IMG/VR virus record: IMGVR_UViG_2919367315_000001
Location: 46 to 64,045 of that record
Direction: 5' to 3' (one strand)
DNA: 64,000 bases
DNA from: a virus
The notes under the pieces are model-generated. The model was not told where the DNA came from, did no database searches, and worked only from the letters and a program-made list of their open reading frames with translations. Position 1 is the first letter of the stretch. Each line of letters opens with the position of its first letter. Shown piece by piece: positions 17,921 to 28,193 of the stretch. A program made the translations under genes and the position numbers.

Positions 17921-18353
17921 TTTCTCCGTCCCCTTCCTTCTCTCCACTTTTACTTTTTAGAACCTCTACAGCCTGCCGGATAATTGATGGGACAGGCGCA
18001 CCAATCCTACCGCCATTTTCAACTATCGACAGCAATTCATTTGCCAGATAAAAATAGGCGACTGCATCCCGGAATAAATGAGAGTCACCCAGTACGCCGT
18101 CTACCAAATGCGCTACGGCAACCATCGCAAAAATGAAGACCTTACGGGCAATACCGATCATGCCTACCTTGCTTTTTAAACCGGGACCAGTTCCCCTTTT
18201 TCCTTCTGTTCCTGCTGCAATTAATCCAGTCACATAATCAATTATTGTAAATGTAAGAAGTGCAGCCAGAGCAAATGACCATCCTCCAAAAAGATACGTT
18301 ATCGCGCTTCCACCAAAGGCAGCGCTAAATTTATAAATCTCCGACTTGTCCAC
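17898..18353 (-). CDS. Phage holin (Cp-1/toxin-secretion family)
   Basis: DYVTGLIAA...GIARK...YLANELLSIVEN...G.PVP; GTG start at 18353. Confidence 0.9.
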   Translation of the reverse strand: MDKSEIYKFSAAFGGSAITYLFGGWSFALAALLTFTIIDYVTGLIAAGTEGKRGTGPGLKSKVGMIGIARKVFIFAMVAVAHLVDGVLGDSHLFRDAVAYFYLANELLSIVENGGRIGAPVPSIIRQAVEVLKSKSGEKEGDGENAGKKER

Positions 18354-18495
18354 TTGCTTCCCTCGTTTCTTTTTACTCAATATAAGGCGAAAATCCATAA
18401 AAATAGCGCACTCAGAAGAGCACGCTCATGAACATTCTATTTCCCCCACTATTAAAAGTCCCCACTTATCCAACCTTCTTTCCCTGTCTCTCCGT

Positions 18496-18726
18496 TCAGG
18501 AAACTTTTCCTGAGCTATCATCATTCGTTTTTTGAACCTTTTCTTCTTGGGACTGTATCTCTGCCAAAGCATTTCCCACCGCCGTATCCAGAGCGTTAAG
18601 AATCTCCTTACGCTTATGCGGCTGTGAAGCAATGACAGCAGAAATAACTTCAGTTAATTCTTCAACCGGTCTAGTCAGATCCAATTGAATATCTAATGTA
18701 GATTTTATCTTTGCCACGGGTTTCAT
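18496..18726 (-). CDS. Hypothetical phage protein
   Basis: ORF MKPVAKIKSTLDIQLDL upstream of the holin. Confidence 0.6.
   Translation of the reverse strand: MKPVAKIKSTLDIQLDLTRPVEELTEVISAVIASQPHKRKEILNALDTAVGNALAEIQSQEEKVQKTNDDSSGKVS
18497..18512. promoter_or_regulatory. Palindrome CAGGAAA-N2-TTTCCTG, copy 1 of 5 (upstream of lysis genes)
   Basis: caggaaacttttcctg; same core at 34597, 43382, 50815, 60503. Confidence 0.65.
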
Positions 18727-19172
18727 CACCTCCTCAAGACGCAAAATAAGCCCCTGAGTTATCAGAGGCTTTCATACTTATATCTTAAATTGGTACTGTT
18801 GCTGTAACGCTGCGGATTTTAAAGGGAAACATAAATCAGTGAAAATAAAGTTGTAAACAGACCATACGTTTTCAAACTAACAGGAAGTATAGTTCCAATT
18901 ATGGTAATATGGGGAATAATCTTTTGTTTGAGTTAGGATCGAGTTACCCATGGATCTACTCATAATTATTTTAGTGATCGGTTTTATAACCATAGTAAGT
19001 TATCTCAGGGCAATTCATATTTCTCTTCAGCGAATTATAGAATATAAGCGTAAAGAAAATGAATAGCTATTTTTAGATGTGCCAAAGTGTTGGGTGACAT
19101 AGTTAAACCAACATAGAGATGATTGTTACATACTTGTTGGCTTAATCAATGACATATGGAGGTTAATAGGCA

Positions 19173-19475
19173 ATGGATAACTGGAATGATAAAAATACTT
19201 GGGAACAGAGTGAGATTCATATTGACCAACTGACAGGCGAGATTGATCAGATTCTACACAAGATAATTAACGGGCTAGAGGATCTAGGTATAGCATACGG
19301 TATCATTAGGGAATTTAGTTATAATCCTGAAGAGCCACCAACCTGGACTATTAGTATTGAGGAATCTAAAACCGTACTCACCTTGGATATCTTATTCCAA
19401 TATATGAGCCTGCATAGAAACATCGAGGATGCTTTGACTCATTTTATGCATGATCACTTTCCGTACTTTACTTAA
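19173..19475 (+). CDS. Acidic hypothetical protein (cargo)
   Basis: ORF with RBS ggagg, opposite to phage orientation. Confidence 0.75.
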   Translation: MDNWNDKNTWEQSEIHIDQLTGEIDQILHKIINGLEDLGIAYGIIREFSYNPEEPPTWTISIEESKTVLTLDILFQYMSLHRNIEDALTHFMHDHFPYFT

Positions 19476-19496
19476 TGAGAGTATAACGGTGAAGAC

Positions 19497-19526
19497 TATT
19501 CAACTAACGGGACATGATTGTTGAGC
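19497..19526 (+). repeat. Cassette-boundary palindrome (same family as 51859-54886)
   Basis: tattcaactaacgggacatgattgttgag; degenerate copy at 19101-19130. Confidence 0.55.
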
Positions 19527-19658
19527 AGGCGCTATAAGCCTACTCTTTGGGCATTAGGCGCTAATTTGACTATTTTTAAAATGGAGTTGTTTATCATTTT
19601 AAAGCATTATAAGATGGTTTCAGACATCGATGTACTTTAAAAAGAAAGAGAAGAAAAT

Positions 19659-20114
19659 ATGAAGGCTGAAATTGAAAAAATACCGTCTTGTAGAATTGCA
19701 TACATGAGACAGATTGGTCCTTATGGAATTGCAAATTCACAACTAATGGAGAAATTTAAATTCTGGGTTGAATCTAATGAATTATTTAATAATACGTCTA
19801 TTATCCTCGGTATTGCTCAAGATAATCCTGCATTTGTAAAACCGGAAAATTGTCGCTACGATGCGTGTTTGGTTGTTCCTGATGATTACTGTGTTAATGC
19901 TGATGAAGTAAGTCTGAGCAATATTAGTGGTGGAAGATACGCTGTTTTTAAGATAAATCATACCGCAGAAGCTGTTCAAAAGGCTTGGGTTGAAATATTC
20001 CTGGAGTTGGAAATTCAAAGGTTCAGCTTAGATGAAACCAGACCTATCTTGGAGCGATATACAATTGAACTTCTTAATAATCATTATTGCGAAATTTGCG
20101 TTCCGATTCATTAG
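19659..20114 (+). CDS. GyrI-like small-molecule-binding protein
   Basis: IAYMRQIGPYG...DNP...PENCRYDACL...GGRYAVF. Confidence 0.85.
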   Translation: MKAEIEKIPSCRIAYMRQIGPYGIANSQLMEKFKFWVESNELFNNTSIILGIAQDNPAFVKPENCRYDACLVVPDDYCVNADEVSLSNISGGRYAVFKINHTAEAVQKAWVEIFLELEIQRFSLDETRPILERYTIELLNNHYCEICVPIH

Positions 20115-20181
20115 ACGTATTAAGATATAGGCTGTTTCTATTATTGAAGGCAGTCTAATACCAATTCCTTTTTATAAAAGT

Positions 20182-20208
20182 AAAAGCCCTCCGTTTAAGA
20201 GGGCTTTT
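20182..20208. terminator. Bidirectional terminator
   Basis: aaaagccctc-cgtttaa-gagggctttt. Confidence 0.75.
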
Positions 20209-20367
20209 TGTGTATCTATATTGTATTCGCTGTTTAGTACCTCTGCACTACGATTTTAAGTCACGCACTCTATATGAGTGCGACTTCAATGCAGAAACAC
20301 GTTGAATGATTTTAGTGCTGTCCGTTTAGTGGAAAGTATTTTTTTGTGGACTTATCATCTTTAATTA

Positions 20368-21027
20368 CTAAGCTATTAACTTTTTACTTAACACTAATCT
20401 GTTAAAGTAATCAGAAAGAATTTTCTTTCTAACTTGAAAATCTTGTGTAGAGATAAGTAAACCTATATCAACTCTTTGAAGAGTTTCAATACTTTTTATT
20501 TGTTCTGCGGAAAGATAGGGTCTAATCGACTCTCCTGCCTTTACTCCTTTTTCTTCTCTAACTTGTTTTGCAGTAATTCCTAGAACAATCCGGTTAATCA
20601 TATCGATTTCATTTGTAAAGTGATAACTCTTAGGCACTTCATGTGAATCATTAATAGCACTAGTAAAGGCAGGAAATTCAAGCCGAGTAGCTTGAAGAGA
20701 TTTTATAAAGTATTCCATATCATTAAATCTTTGAATATAAGCTTCTTTGAATCTCGCTGCTTTCTTTCCTCTATATCCCATAATGAGAAATACGAAACCA
20801 TCTTTAGAGATTAGGTATTCCTTATAAGATCTACCTTTAGAATCTTTATATTTAATCGGCTCAAAATTGAGCCGATTAAATTGTTCGCTGCAATCAAGAC
20901 TTTCAATATCCCTCAAAACATTCTTATGTTCTTTTTCAAACTCTTCTGCAACTTGGCGACTAGTGCAATAAGCCCGTCCACTCTTCTCATAAAGATTGAA
21001 TTCAGTATTAAGAATTAATTTACTCAT
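20368..21027 (-). CDS. Rha family phage regulatory protein
   Basis: TSRQVAEEFEKEHKNVLRDIE...KDGFVFLIMGYRGKKAARFKEAYIQRFNDME. Confidence 0.9.
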   Translation of the reverse strand: MSKLILNTEFNLYEKSGRAYCTSRQVAEEFEKEHKNVLRDIESLDCSEQFNRLNFEPIKYKDSKGRSYKEYLISKDGFVFLIMGYRGKKAARFKEAYIQRFNDMEYFIKSLQATRLEFPAFTSAINDSHEVPKSYHFTNEIDMINRIVLGITAKQVREEKGVKAGESIRPYLSAEQIKSIETLQRVDIGLLISTQDFQVRKKILSDYFNRLVLSKKLIA

Positions 21028-21392
21028 AATTCTTCTCCTCCTAGTTCAATAGGACTATCTAACGTAACAATAAAATCTTTGAAGGAAACATCATTTAATT
21101 CAGAAATTTTATTTCTCAACGCAAGATATTGATCTGAAGAAGAATTAAAAATAATTTCTAGAATTTTTTCTTCCATAAAGTTTATCCTCCTAAGATAAGG
21201 GGCATAATACTTCTATCTCGTCACAAATAATCCTTTACACCTAGGCAATAAGACCCGAAATTTTGACTATAAAGTATGATTAACACGTTTATATTTGATC
21301 ATAACTGTGTTACAATTGTGACTAAGTTAGAGGGTATTAGCCCCTAAATTCTACTAAAGTCACCTATCTTCTTGGCGGGAGGGAGGTGACTT

Positions 21393-21617
21393 TTAACTTG
21401 CATTGGAATGTTGTTCCTCTTTTATAAGAATTTCATCTATTGTTTTGCAATTAAACACATCAGAAATTCTCATTAGAACCTTAACACTAGGAATTTTATC
21501 GTAACATTCTATTTTCTTAATGTAGTCTAATGAAATTCCTATTTTCACAGCTGTTTCTTTTTGAGTCCAACCCTTTTCCTTTCGAAATTTTCTTAGATTA
21601 GTAATAGTTATCACCAC
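21393..21617 (-). CDS. Cro-like XRE HTH regulator
   Basis: LRKFRKEKGWTQKETAVKIGISLDYIKKIE. Confidence 0.85.
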   Translation of the reverse strand: MVITITNLRKFRKEKGWTQKETAVKIGISLDYIKKIECYDKIPSVKVLMRISDVFNCKTIDEILIKEEQHSNAS

Positions 21618-21621
21618 CTTC

Positions 21622-21683
21622 TAGTGTATTTTAAATGCACTTTTTGTTTCACATGAACATTATAGTGCATTAAAAATGCACTA
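21622..21683. promoter_or_regulatory. Two palindromic operators between divergent XRE genes
   Basis: tagtgcatt-aaa-aatgcacta (21663-21683) and a variant at 21622-21642. Confidence 0.7.
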
Positions 21684-21709
21684 GTCAATAAGTTTGTTAG
21701 AGGTGCCTT

Positions 21710-22333
21710 ATGAATATTGGTGAAAAAGTAAAAGAACAACGTAAACTAATGGGTTTAACACAACCTCAATTGGCAGAAAAAATAGAAATGTCTATTGATT
21801 CAATAAAAAAGTTAGAAACAAATCGTATGAATCCAAGCATAGATACATTAAATAAATTAATTAAATTTTTCAAAGTAAAAGCTGATTACTTTCTAGATAA
21901 TTTAGAGAAAGAATCAGAAATAGTAGATAACAAAATGGTAAAGGTAGGAATCATACAAAAAGTAAATGCAGGCGAAGATGCTACATATGGTGAATTCAAA
22001 TCCTACGTTATGGTGGATTCTAAAATATTAGAGGGCAGACCTGCTATTGCCCTCAAATTAAAAGACAACTCTATGGATAAAGATAATTTATTTACTGGTG
22101 ATATCGTTGTAGCAAAACAAATGACTGAAACGGAAAAAATTAAAAGTACAGATATTTATCTCATACTAAGTAACGATGGTTTTTATGTGAGAAGGATAAA
22201 AAAGCATCGCAAATTCCTTATTCTTACTCCATCAAATCCAGATTATTCTGTAATTGAAATTAACAAAAACCCATACCTCAAAAATAAATATCATATATTC
22301 GGGAAAATTGTCCAAATAATAAGAAATATATGA
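21710..22333 (+). CDS. CI/LexA-like repressor (XRE HTH plus S24 peptidase-like domain)
   Basis: N-terminal HTH; LKLKDNSMD...GDIVV...RRIKK...LTPSNPDY. Confidence 0.85.
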   Translation: MNIGEKVKEQRKLMGLTQPQLAEKIEMSIDSIKKLETNRMNPSIDTLNKLIKFFKVKADYFLDNLEKESEIVDNKMVKVGIIQKVNAGEDATYGEFKSYVMVDSKILEGRPAIALKLKDNSMDKDNLFTGDIVVAKQMTETEKIKSTDIYLILSNDGFYVRRIKKHRKFLILTPSNPDYSVIEINKNPYLKNKYHIFGKIVQIIRNI

Positions 22334-22522
22334 GTCAGAGACTAAATAACAAAAAGGACTCCTAAAACTTAGGAAGTCCTTTTAATTATGTTCTATTTGT
22401 GCGATTTCTAAACAACTATTTTTCTAGTTCAGCTTTTTGCTTTCCATTTCATTCCACGAACTCATCTCATGTAGAGTGCACTTTTAATTTGAGCAAAACT
22501 GCCTTATTCTTTTTTTCATGAG

Positions 22523-23146
22523 TTATTTAAGTGAAGCTATAGCTTTATTTATTTCTTCTAGTTCAGTCTTATATTTAGCTAAATTGCCCTCGGATTTTTG
22601 TAAAAGTTCTTCCGTAGCTTTTGTCTTGGAATCTAACGTATCCATCATTTTCTTATTTCCGGAGTATTCTTCTCTAAATTTACTATACTTTTCAATTGTT
22701 TCTGTGTATCCCTGCTTGCTCTTTTCATACTCTGGAATTGTTTTTTCTAAATCATCTTTCCTTTGCTCCAACCTTACTATAGTCCATCCAGAAAATTCTC
22801 CATCTTTCACTACTTTATCGAAGTTCTGATCCTTTTTAGAATCTGATAAATCAACAGAGGTTGAAGAAGATGCTGATGCCGACTCGGTATTTATCTGAAT
22901 TGTTTTCCCATCCACTTTTATCCCAGCTCCCAGGGAATCGGAAACAGCGCGGAGAGGTACGTGTGCCTTTCCATCTACCACGATAGCATTTTCGGCTAAC
23001 GAATTTCCGTTAACTTTTACTGTATACTCTCCCACTACTTTTTCTCCAACCAAAGATTTAATTTCATCCGCGAATGCGCTACCCGCCGTAGCGACAACCG
23101 CGCCAATTAACACGCCACTAAGTAAATAAGACCATTTTTTCATCAT
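22523..23146 (-). CDS. Secreted hypothetical protein with copper-amine-oxidase-N-like domain and coiled coil
   Basis: Signal peptide; DGKAHVPLRAVSDSLG motif. Confidence 0.7.
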   Translation of the reverse strand: MMKKWSYLLSGVLIGAVVATAGSAFADEIKSLVGEKVVGEYTVKVNGNSLAENAIVVDGKAHVPLRAVSDSLGAGIKVDGKTIQINTESASASSSTSVDLSDSKKDQNFDKVVKDGEFSGWTIVRLEQRKDDLEKTIPEYEKSKQGYTETIEKYSKFREEYSGNKKMMDTLDSKTKATEELLQKSEGNLAKYKTELEEINKAIASLK

Positions 23147-23207
23147 CTATACCTCCAGCATAGTATATATGTCCTAATATTACCATTAGCAGAAGGTACA
23201 GTAAACA

Positions 23208-25358
23208 TCATGTTAACGAACTATTTGAACTTCCTCCAGCCGGTATGTTCACAGTAGCTACAGTTTTTGTGCGACTGAATAGTTTGAGGTTCCTTGAAGA
23301 AGCGTCAAAAGTAGCATTTACGATCATACCATCGAAGGTATCTCCCCTCAAGGAGGCTATGTCACTACGCAAGTCCCTAATCATATCCTCAAGCCCTTCG
23401 ACATCCCCTAATTTAAGATCAAGTCCACTTATTGTAGCTTCTGAAAAATCTACAGGACCTTTTAAATAAGTGGCATCGTCTACAGATCGAATAATAATAG
23501 GTCCCATGTTCCCCAAATGAAATCCTTCTCTATCTCCGTAGACACTTCCTCTTGGCGAGCCATCATCCATAAATAATAAGCCGCCTCCGTCATTGTACTG
23601 CCCTAATGAAACAGCTTCTCCACCACGAGAGTTATAAGCAGTAAGGCCAATAGAGTTTATCTCTATGCGCCTACCCTCTTTGGCTGTTCGGAATAAGGCT
23701 CCGGTAATAATACCGCCCTCGATCTCATTACCGATTAACTTACTCCCTCGTATTGTACTTGCATTAACTGTACTGGCTCTAATATCTGAAGCATTCATTT
23801 CTGAGTTTTCGATCTGGCCTGTGAGCTTAATTGATCTAGCGACTACATTACCCTGCATATCTACCCTGAACGGTGCAATAGTATAATCGTCATTTCCTGC
23901 ACTAATTCCGTTGGTATTGATTTTGGTGACATTATTCCCGCTACCAATTACTAAGGATACAAAATTACCAAGCTGCCCGACGATCTGTTCAGCAACAACG
24001 CCGCGTGCTGTGATCGCTGTCCTCGCCGTTTTACCTCCATCTGTTGTCAGGACAACACCATTTGAAGTCATAATGACCTGATTCTGTGCATTGGTCTTGT
24101 CCTGTAGGATTATGCCACGCTGATCGTACTTGATTTCCGTTTTGGAATTGTCAATGTCGATCACGGCCTGCTTTGCATAAGACTCAAATACTTCCGTCCG
24201 GATCTTCCCGTTACTGAACAGATTATTAATAATATTCTTGTTCCGCTCCAGGTCAGAAATGATATCCGCATAGTCCCGTAAATTGACATTGGATATCGTA
24301 GGCTCACTGTGTTTGTCACGGCTATACGGATATTCTGTAAGCTCTGTGATTCGAGCTTTGAGTTTGTTCATATCCATAGCCGGGTCAATGCACATTACAT
24401 TGTCGCCCAAAGCTGGTTTAGGTTCAGTATTGTCTATTTTGAACAGGTCCGCCGTCGATACGGTTACCTCCAGCGTCACGTTTTCCTGTTCAGCAAGCGC
24501 CTTACGTGTAGCCTTTAGCAAGTCCTCTGGTTCCTCTATGTCCTGTTCAATGATTTCCCCATCGTAAAAAGGAACCGACTCGCTGGCCCAATATTGAGCA
24601 TAAGGTGAAATTAAATAGTTAACAGCCAGCTTCCCGTTTACGATCGTTCCCGGCACACCGGAAAGCAAAGTCCGCTCCTCGTCCGTCAGTTTGGACGCAT
24701 TCATTCCGATAAAAGTTCGTCCGTCCTTCATCTGAGCGAACATCCTGGTCACCAAGGACTCGCCTTTATCCTTAAAGGAACTAGATACGATATTCTTCTT
24801 GAGTCTGTATTGAAGGCCACTATCAGTCCCGATCTTTTTTCTCAGGTTAATAGTAAAGTTGTCTGGTTCGACCTCGCACTCATACATTTGAATGATCTTA
24901 TTTAGTGCTTCAAGACAAGTACCACGTCCGAAGTCTTTTACATCATGTAAATCAAATGTGTCATGAATAACAAACTTGAATCGTCCACCTGTAGCAGCTG
25001 TAATCAGGTCTGTAAGCTGGTTGATATGGATACCATAGGCTTCTGCGATGTAAGATGCATACGGAAACTTGTAATCATTCAGTTTAAACATGACGTGATT
25101 ACAATAAATATTGGCCGTTAGCTTCCGTCCTTCCCTTGATCGGCTACGAGACTGGATCACATAAAATTGGCCACGCTCGTCTTGAACGTGGCCTTTGATT
25201 GCTATCTTCTCCCTATAGTCTTCACTGGTCATTGGAACCATGAAGGTTAATTCATAATCGCTATTAATGCGTCGGCGCCGCTGAATATCATAGCTATCAA
25301 CCAGTGTCCCAACACGTCTCATGTTTTTATCGAATACTTGCATGGTCGGATTCGCCAT
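23208..25358 (-). CDS. Phage tail spike / Tal (prophage tail endopeptidase family)
   Basis: Position after distal tail genes; gp27-like N-terminus, low-complexity beta-helix-like C-terminus. Confidence 0.8.
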   Translation of the reverse strand: MANPTMQVFDKNMRRVGTLVDSYDIQRRRRINSDYELTFMVPMTSEDYREKIAIKGHVQDERGQFYVIQSRSRSREGRKLTANIYCNHVMFKLNDYKFPYASYIAEAYGIHINQLTDLITAATGGRFKFVIHDTFDLHDVKDFGRGTCLEALNKIIQMYECEVEPDNFTINLRKKIGTDSGLQYRLKKNIVSSSFKDKGESLVTRMFAQMKDGRTFIGMNASKLTDEERTLLSGVPGTIVNGKLAVNYLISPYAQYWASESVPFYDGEIIEQDIEEPEDLLKATRKALAEQENVTLEVTVSTADLFKIDNTEPKPALGDNVMCIDPAMDMNKLKARITELTEYPYSRDKHSEPTISNVNLRDYADIISDLERNKNIINNLFSNGKIRTEVFESYAKQAVIDIDNSKTEIKYDQRGIILQDKTNAQNQVIMTSNGVVLTTDGGKTARTAITARGVVAEQIVGQLGNFVSLVIGSGNNVTKINTNGISAGNDDYTIAPFRVDMQGNVVARSIKLTGQIENSEMNASDIRASTVNASTIRGSKLIGNEIEGGIITGALFRTAKEGRRIEINSIGLTAYNSRGGEAVSLGQYNDGGGLLFMDDGSPRGSVYGDREGFHLGNMGPIIIRSVDDATYLKGPVDFSEATISGLDLKLGDVEGLEDMIRDLRSDIASLRGDTFDGMIVNATFDASSRNLKLFSRTKTVATVNIPAGGSSNSSLT

Positions 25359-25366
25359 AAGTCACC

Positions 25367-25999
25367 TCAATACAAAAATTTATCTCTATGCGTAATACGA
25401 CACAAAACCATCCTGCCTGTTTCGGGGTCCGTCCAGGTCAGATTATTGTTCCCAAGATTCAAGTCGAAAAAGTCTCCGTTATATAGATGGGAAACGTTCT
25501 GACCATTTCTCGTTATTTTGAATTTTCCTGAGTCAATAACAATTACCTCTCCCGGCCTGAACACATCCGTGAATTCAATGTAGTCGGTATGGAATTTCGA
25601 CAGTTCTGTCGATATCCTTCCTTCCCCGGACATAGGTACAGCCTGCACCAAGATTTCGCGGATATAAACAGCATCTGACATACGTCCCTCGCCCGACATC
25701 GGTACAGCTTCCAAGGCATACTCACGTACAAAATCAGCCTGCGCCTGACCTTCACCGGACAGATTAGCTGCTGCTGTCATGTCCAAATTAAAGTCCAAAA
25801 TGTATTCCGTTACTGTACCGGGTTCATCCACATTAAACGACATGAGATTGAACGCATTGTCGCTCTCAGATCCATCCGTCTCCAGCTTCCGCGAATACAT
25901 TTGCCCAGAACCAGAAAGAGATGCAGAAAGGTCAATAATGTTCCCCTCTGCATCTCCTGTATTAAATCCTAGACTATTAAATCCTCCACCATTAAACAT
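25367..25999 (-). CDS. Tail/baseplate protein
   Basis: C-terminal NGDFFDLNLGNN; internal SGEG repeats. Confidence 0.65.
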   Translation of the reverse strand: MFNGGGFNSLGFNTGDAEGNIIDLSASLSGSGQMYSRKLETDGSESDNAFNLMSFNVDEPGTVTEYILDFNLDMTAAANLSGEGQAQADFVREYALEAVPMSGEGRMSDAVYIREILVQAVPMSGEGRISTELSKFHTDYIEFTDVFRPGEVIVIDSGKFKITRNGQNVSHLYNGDFFDLNLGNNNLTWTDPETGRMVLCRITHRDKFLY

Positions 26000-26015
26000 A
26001 TGATCAGCCCCCCGC

Positions 26016-28184
26016 TCAATCCTGATACCTAAATAAATCTACGTCCCAATTAAGCGGAGTTCCTATTTCAGTCTGCAATAATAGTATGTCAACCGTTCCA
26101 ACGCTGAAATAGGCAAATTCATCGTTACCCAAGAGATTGCTAGTTGCCTGAGAAATTGCTGTTCTGGAAAGATTGTACGTGAAACCATTATCTCTTCTAA
26201 TAAGTTTTATACCACGATCTTTACGATATGCTGGAGCAGGCATAAATTTATACCACAACTGCCTACCGGATGGCGCTGGATAAGATCCATCAGGATTTCC
26301 AAACTCGGTGCTAGCAATTCGAACTGCTGTAGCCATTCCAGTTTCTTTGATTTTTGACAATTCGGAAACTATACCCACAAAAGAACTGAAGTATGTGAGA
26401 GCATGTCCCAAGCTGCTAGGATGATTGACACCACTTCCTTCATCGTAAGGCGGAACATGTTTCCCTAATAAATCCTCTTCTGAATAAAACGGGGAACCTG
26501 ATATCGGATCTCTAAAGTTTATATTTAGATCAGACATAACCGCGCTTGAAGATGTGGCGGTTCTCATTGATATCTTGCCATCATGGAGATTGCTATATGT
26601 TGTTTGGTCAATACGCTTTACACCTGCCACGAATACCTGATGATTATCTTCTTCTGCCACGATTTTTATATCAGTCCAATTATTAACGGGAATGGTCAGC
26701 CCTGAACTTTCCTGCAATTGCGTGAATCCTTCATCTTCCTCATGACGATATAACCTAACATAAGCATCGCCGCTACCACCCGCAACAAAAACTGTGAATT
26801 TACCCAGATCACTCACCCGATAATTCACTGCTGTCACACCCGGATCTCCTGCAACTGGAGGACGCACACTAAACACGATAGAACCATTGTAAAAAGTACG
26901 TTCTCTTTGTATGACACCTCCTGAAGTTGGTGTGATTGTTGTCCCCGAGATCGTATAACCACTAGTTTCTCCAGACCATCCATTAGGGTAATTGGCCCAA
27001 TTCTTTTCAGATTTACTCACTCTAGTGAGGTCATCTTTTCCGTCTCTTAAAATTTGGTACAGTCTGCTTGCATCTGCCAAACTCAACTTATTGTTTCGGG
27101 CAAAAGCTCTCGTTGATCGGACGACCGAAATTATAATATCTTGTCTCTGAGAGGAAATATCAATGTTATTGGTTGGCAGAATTGTAGACACTAACGATAC
27201 ACTTGGTTTAGACGCCCACGAGTTTATTGTCGTTAGTGCCATTCCCAATTCCGAAGCGAATTTACTGTCTTTTGAGGCGTCTGTTCCATAAGAATCATTC
27301 ATGCCGAAAGCTAAAATAACTAGATCAGCGTTAAAATCCTTCACATGATCTTTCCAAGACTTTCCGACTACCGACCATGATCGTTTAAAACCATCTGCCA
27401 CCACACCTTCTGTCGCTATACCTTTATAGTTTCCATCGTTGAAAAGGGCAAGCCATCTGCCCCCTAGTGCAAAGTTTTGTGCAATGACATTTACTTGAGG
27501 CAGTTTATTTTTCAGTTCTCTTATTAGTCTGGACACATACAGATCATCTGTATTCCCAAGTCCTCCATTTTCAGTGATGCTGTCTCCAATAATCGCTACC
27601 CTTAACACAAGCGACTTGTTTATAGCAATCACAGATCTTTTTAATGAGTCAGCAGGTATGACATTCGCTTCATTCAAGGCGTGGTTATACATAAGTTCTG
27701 TTCTGTTTTTTTTGTTTACTCCATCTTTTGTATCGAAGTTAAGTAAACTTTCTTTCGTCTCTGTTAGCGTAACCTTATCAGCTGCACTCATTAGGCCGGA
27801 TTCTGATTCTGTTGCATTTGGAATGGGGTCACTTCCGCTTGAAATATGGTCATTCCCATGAGAATCAAACTTCGTTTTTAATGACTCAATATTTTGAGTC
27901 GCCGCTCTCCAATCTGCTGCTGTAAAGTTTCGGGCAATTCGTGTACCAACAGGCCATGCCCTCGCTACGCCTTCAAATCCACGCACACAGCCTTTCAGCA
28001 CATTTTCTTCTACGGACGTATACGTAATGGTTTCTGCCACGTCTCCGTTGCCCAAGACAGCGATGCCTTCGCCCGGAAGCAGCACGGACGCATTAGCAAC
28101 AGTAATTTCCGTTTGGGTGTCCGTAATCAATTCGGTCAACTCTGTTTTAGGAGAGTTCACCACTGGTGGATACATTTTTTCCAC
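26016..28184 (-). CDS. Tail fibre / receptor-binding protein with SGNH-GDSL hydrolase domain
   Basis: IAIIGDSIT (block I), LAFGMND (block III), GVNHPS (block V). Confidence 0.8.
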   Translation of the reverse strand: MEKMYPPVVNSPKTELTELITDTQTEITVANASVLLPGEGIAVLGNGDVAETITYTSVEENVLKGCVRGFEGVARAWPVGTRIARNFTAADWRAATQNIESLKTKFDSHGNDHISSGSDPIPNATESESGLMSAADKVTLTETKESLLNFDTKDGVNKKNRTELMYNHALNEANVIPADSLKRSVIAINKSLVLRVAIIGDSITENGGLGNTDDLYVSRLIRELKNKLPQVNVIAQNFALGGRWLALFNDGNYKGIATEGVVADGFKRSWSVVGKSWKDHVKDFNADLVILAFGMNDSYGTDASKDSKFASELGMALTTINSWASKPSVSLVSTILPTNNIDISSQRQDIIISVVRSTRAFARNNKLSLADASRLYQILRDGKDDLTRVSKSEKNWANYPNGWSGETSGYTISGTTITPTSGGVIQRERTFYNGSIVFSVRPPVAGDPGVTAVNYRVSDLGKFTVFVAGGSGDAYVRLYRHEEDEGFTQLQESSGLTIPVNNWTDIKIVAEEDNHQVFVAGVKRIDQTTYSNLHDGKISMRTATSSSAVMSDLNINFRDPISGSPFYSEEDLLGKHVPPYDEGSGVNHPSSLGHALTYFSSFVGIVSELSKIKETGMATAVRIASTEFGNPDGSYPAPSGRQLWYKFMPAPAYRKDRGIKLIRRDNGFTYNLSRTAISQATSNLLGNDEFAYFSVGTVDILLLQTEIGTPLNWDVDLFRYQD

Positions 28185-28193
28185 GCTTCACAC

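Noticed and set aside
22523-23146. Copper amine oxidase enzyme
   Set aside because: Only the small N-terminal stalk-like domain is present; no catalytic domain.
23208-28184. Diversity-generating retroelement targeting tail fibres
   Set aside because: No reverse transcriptase and no template/variable repeat pair seen.
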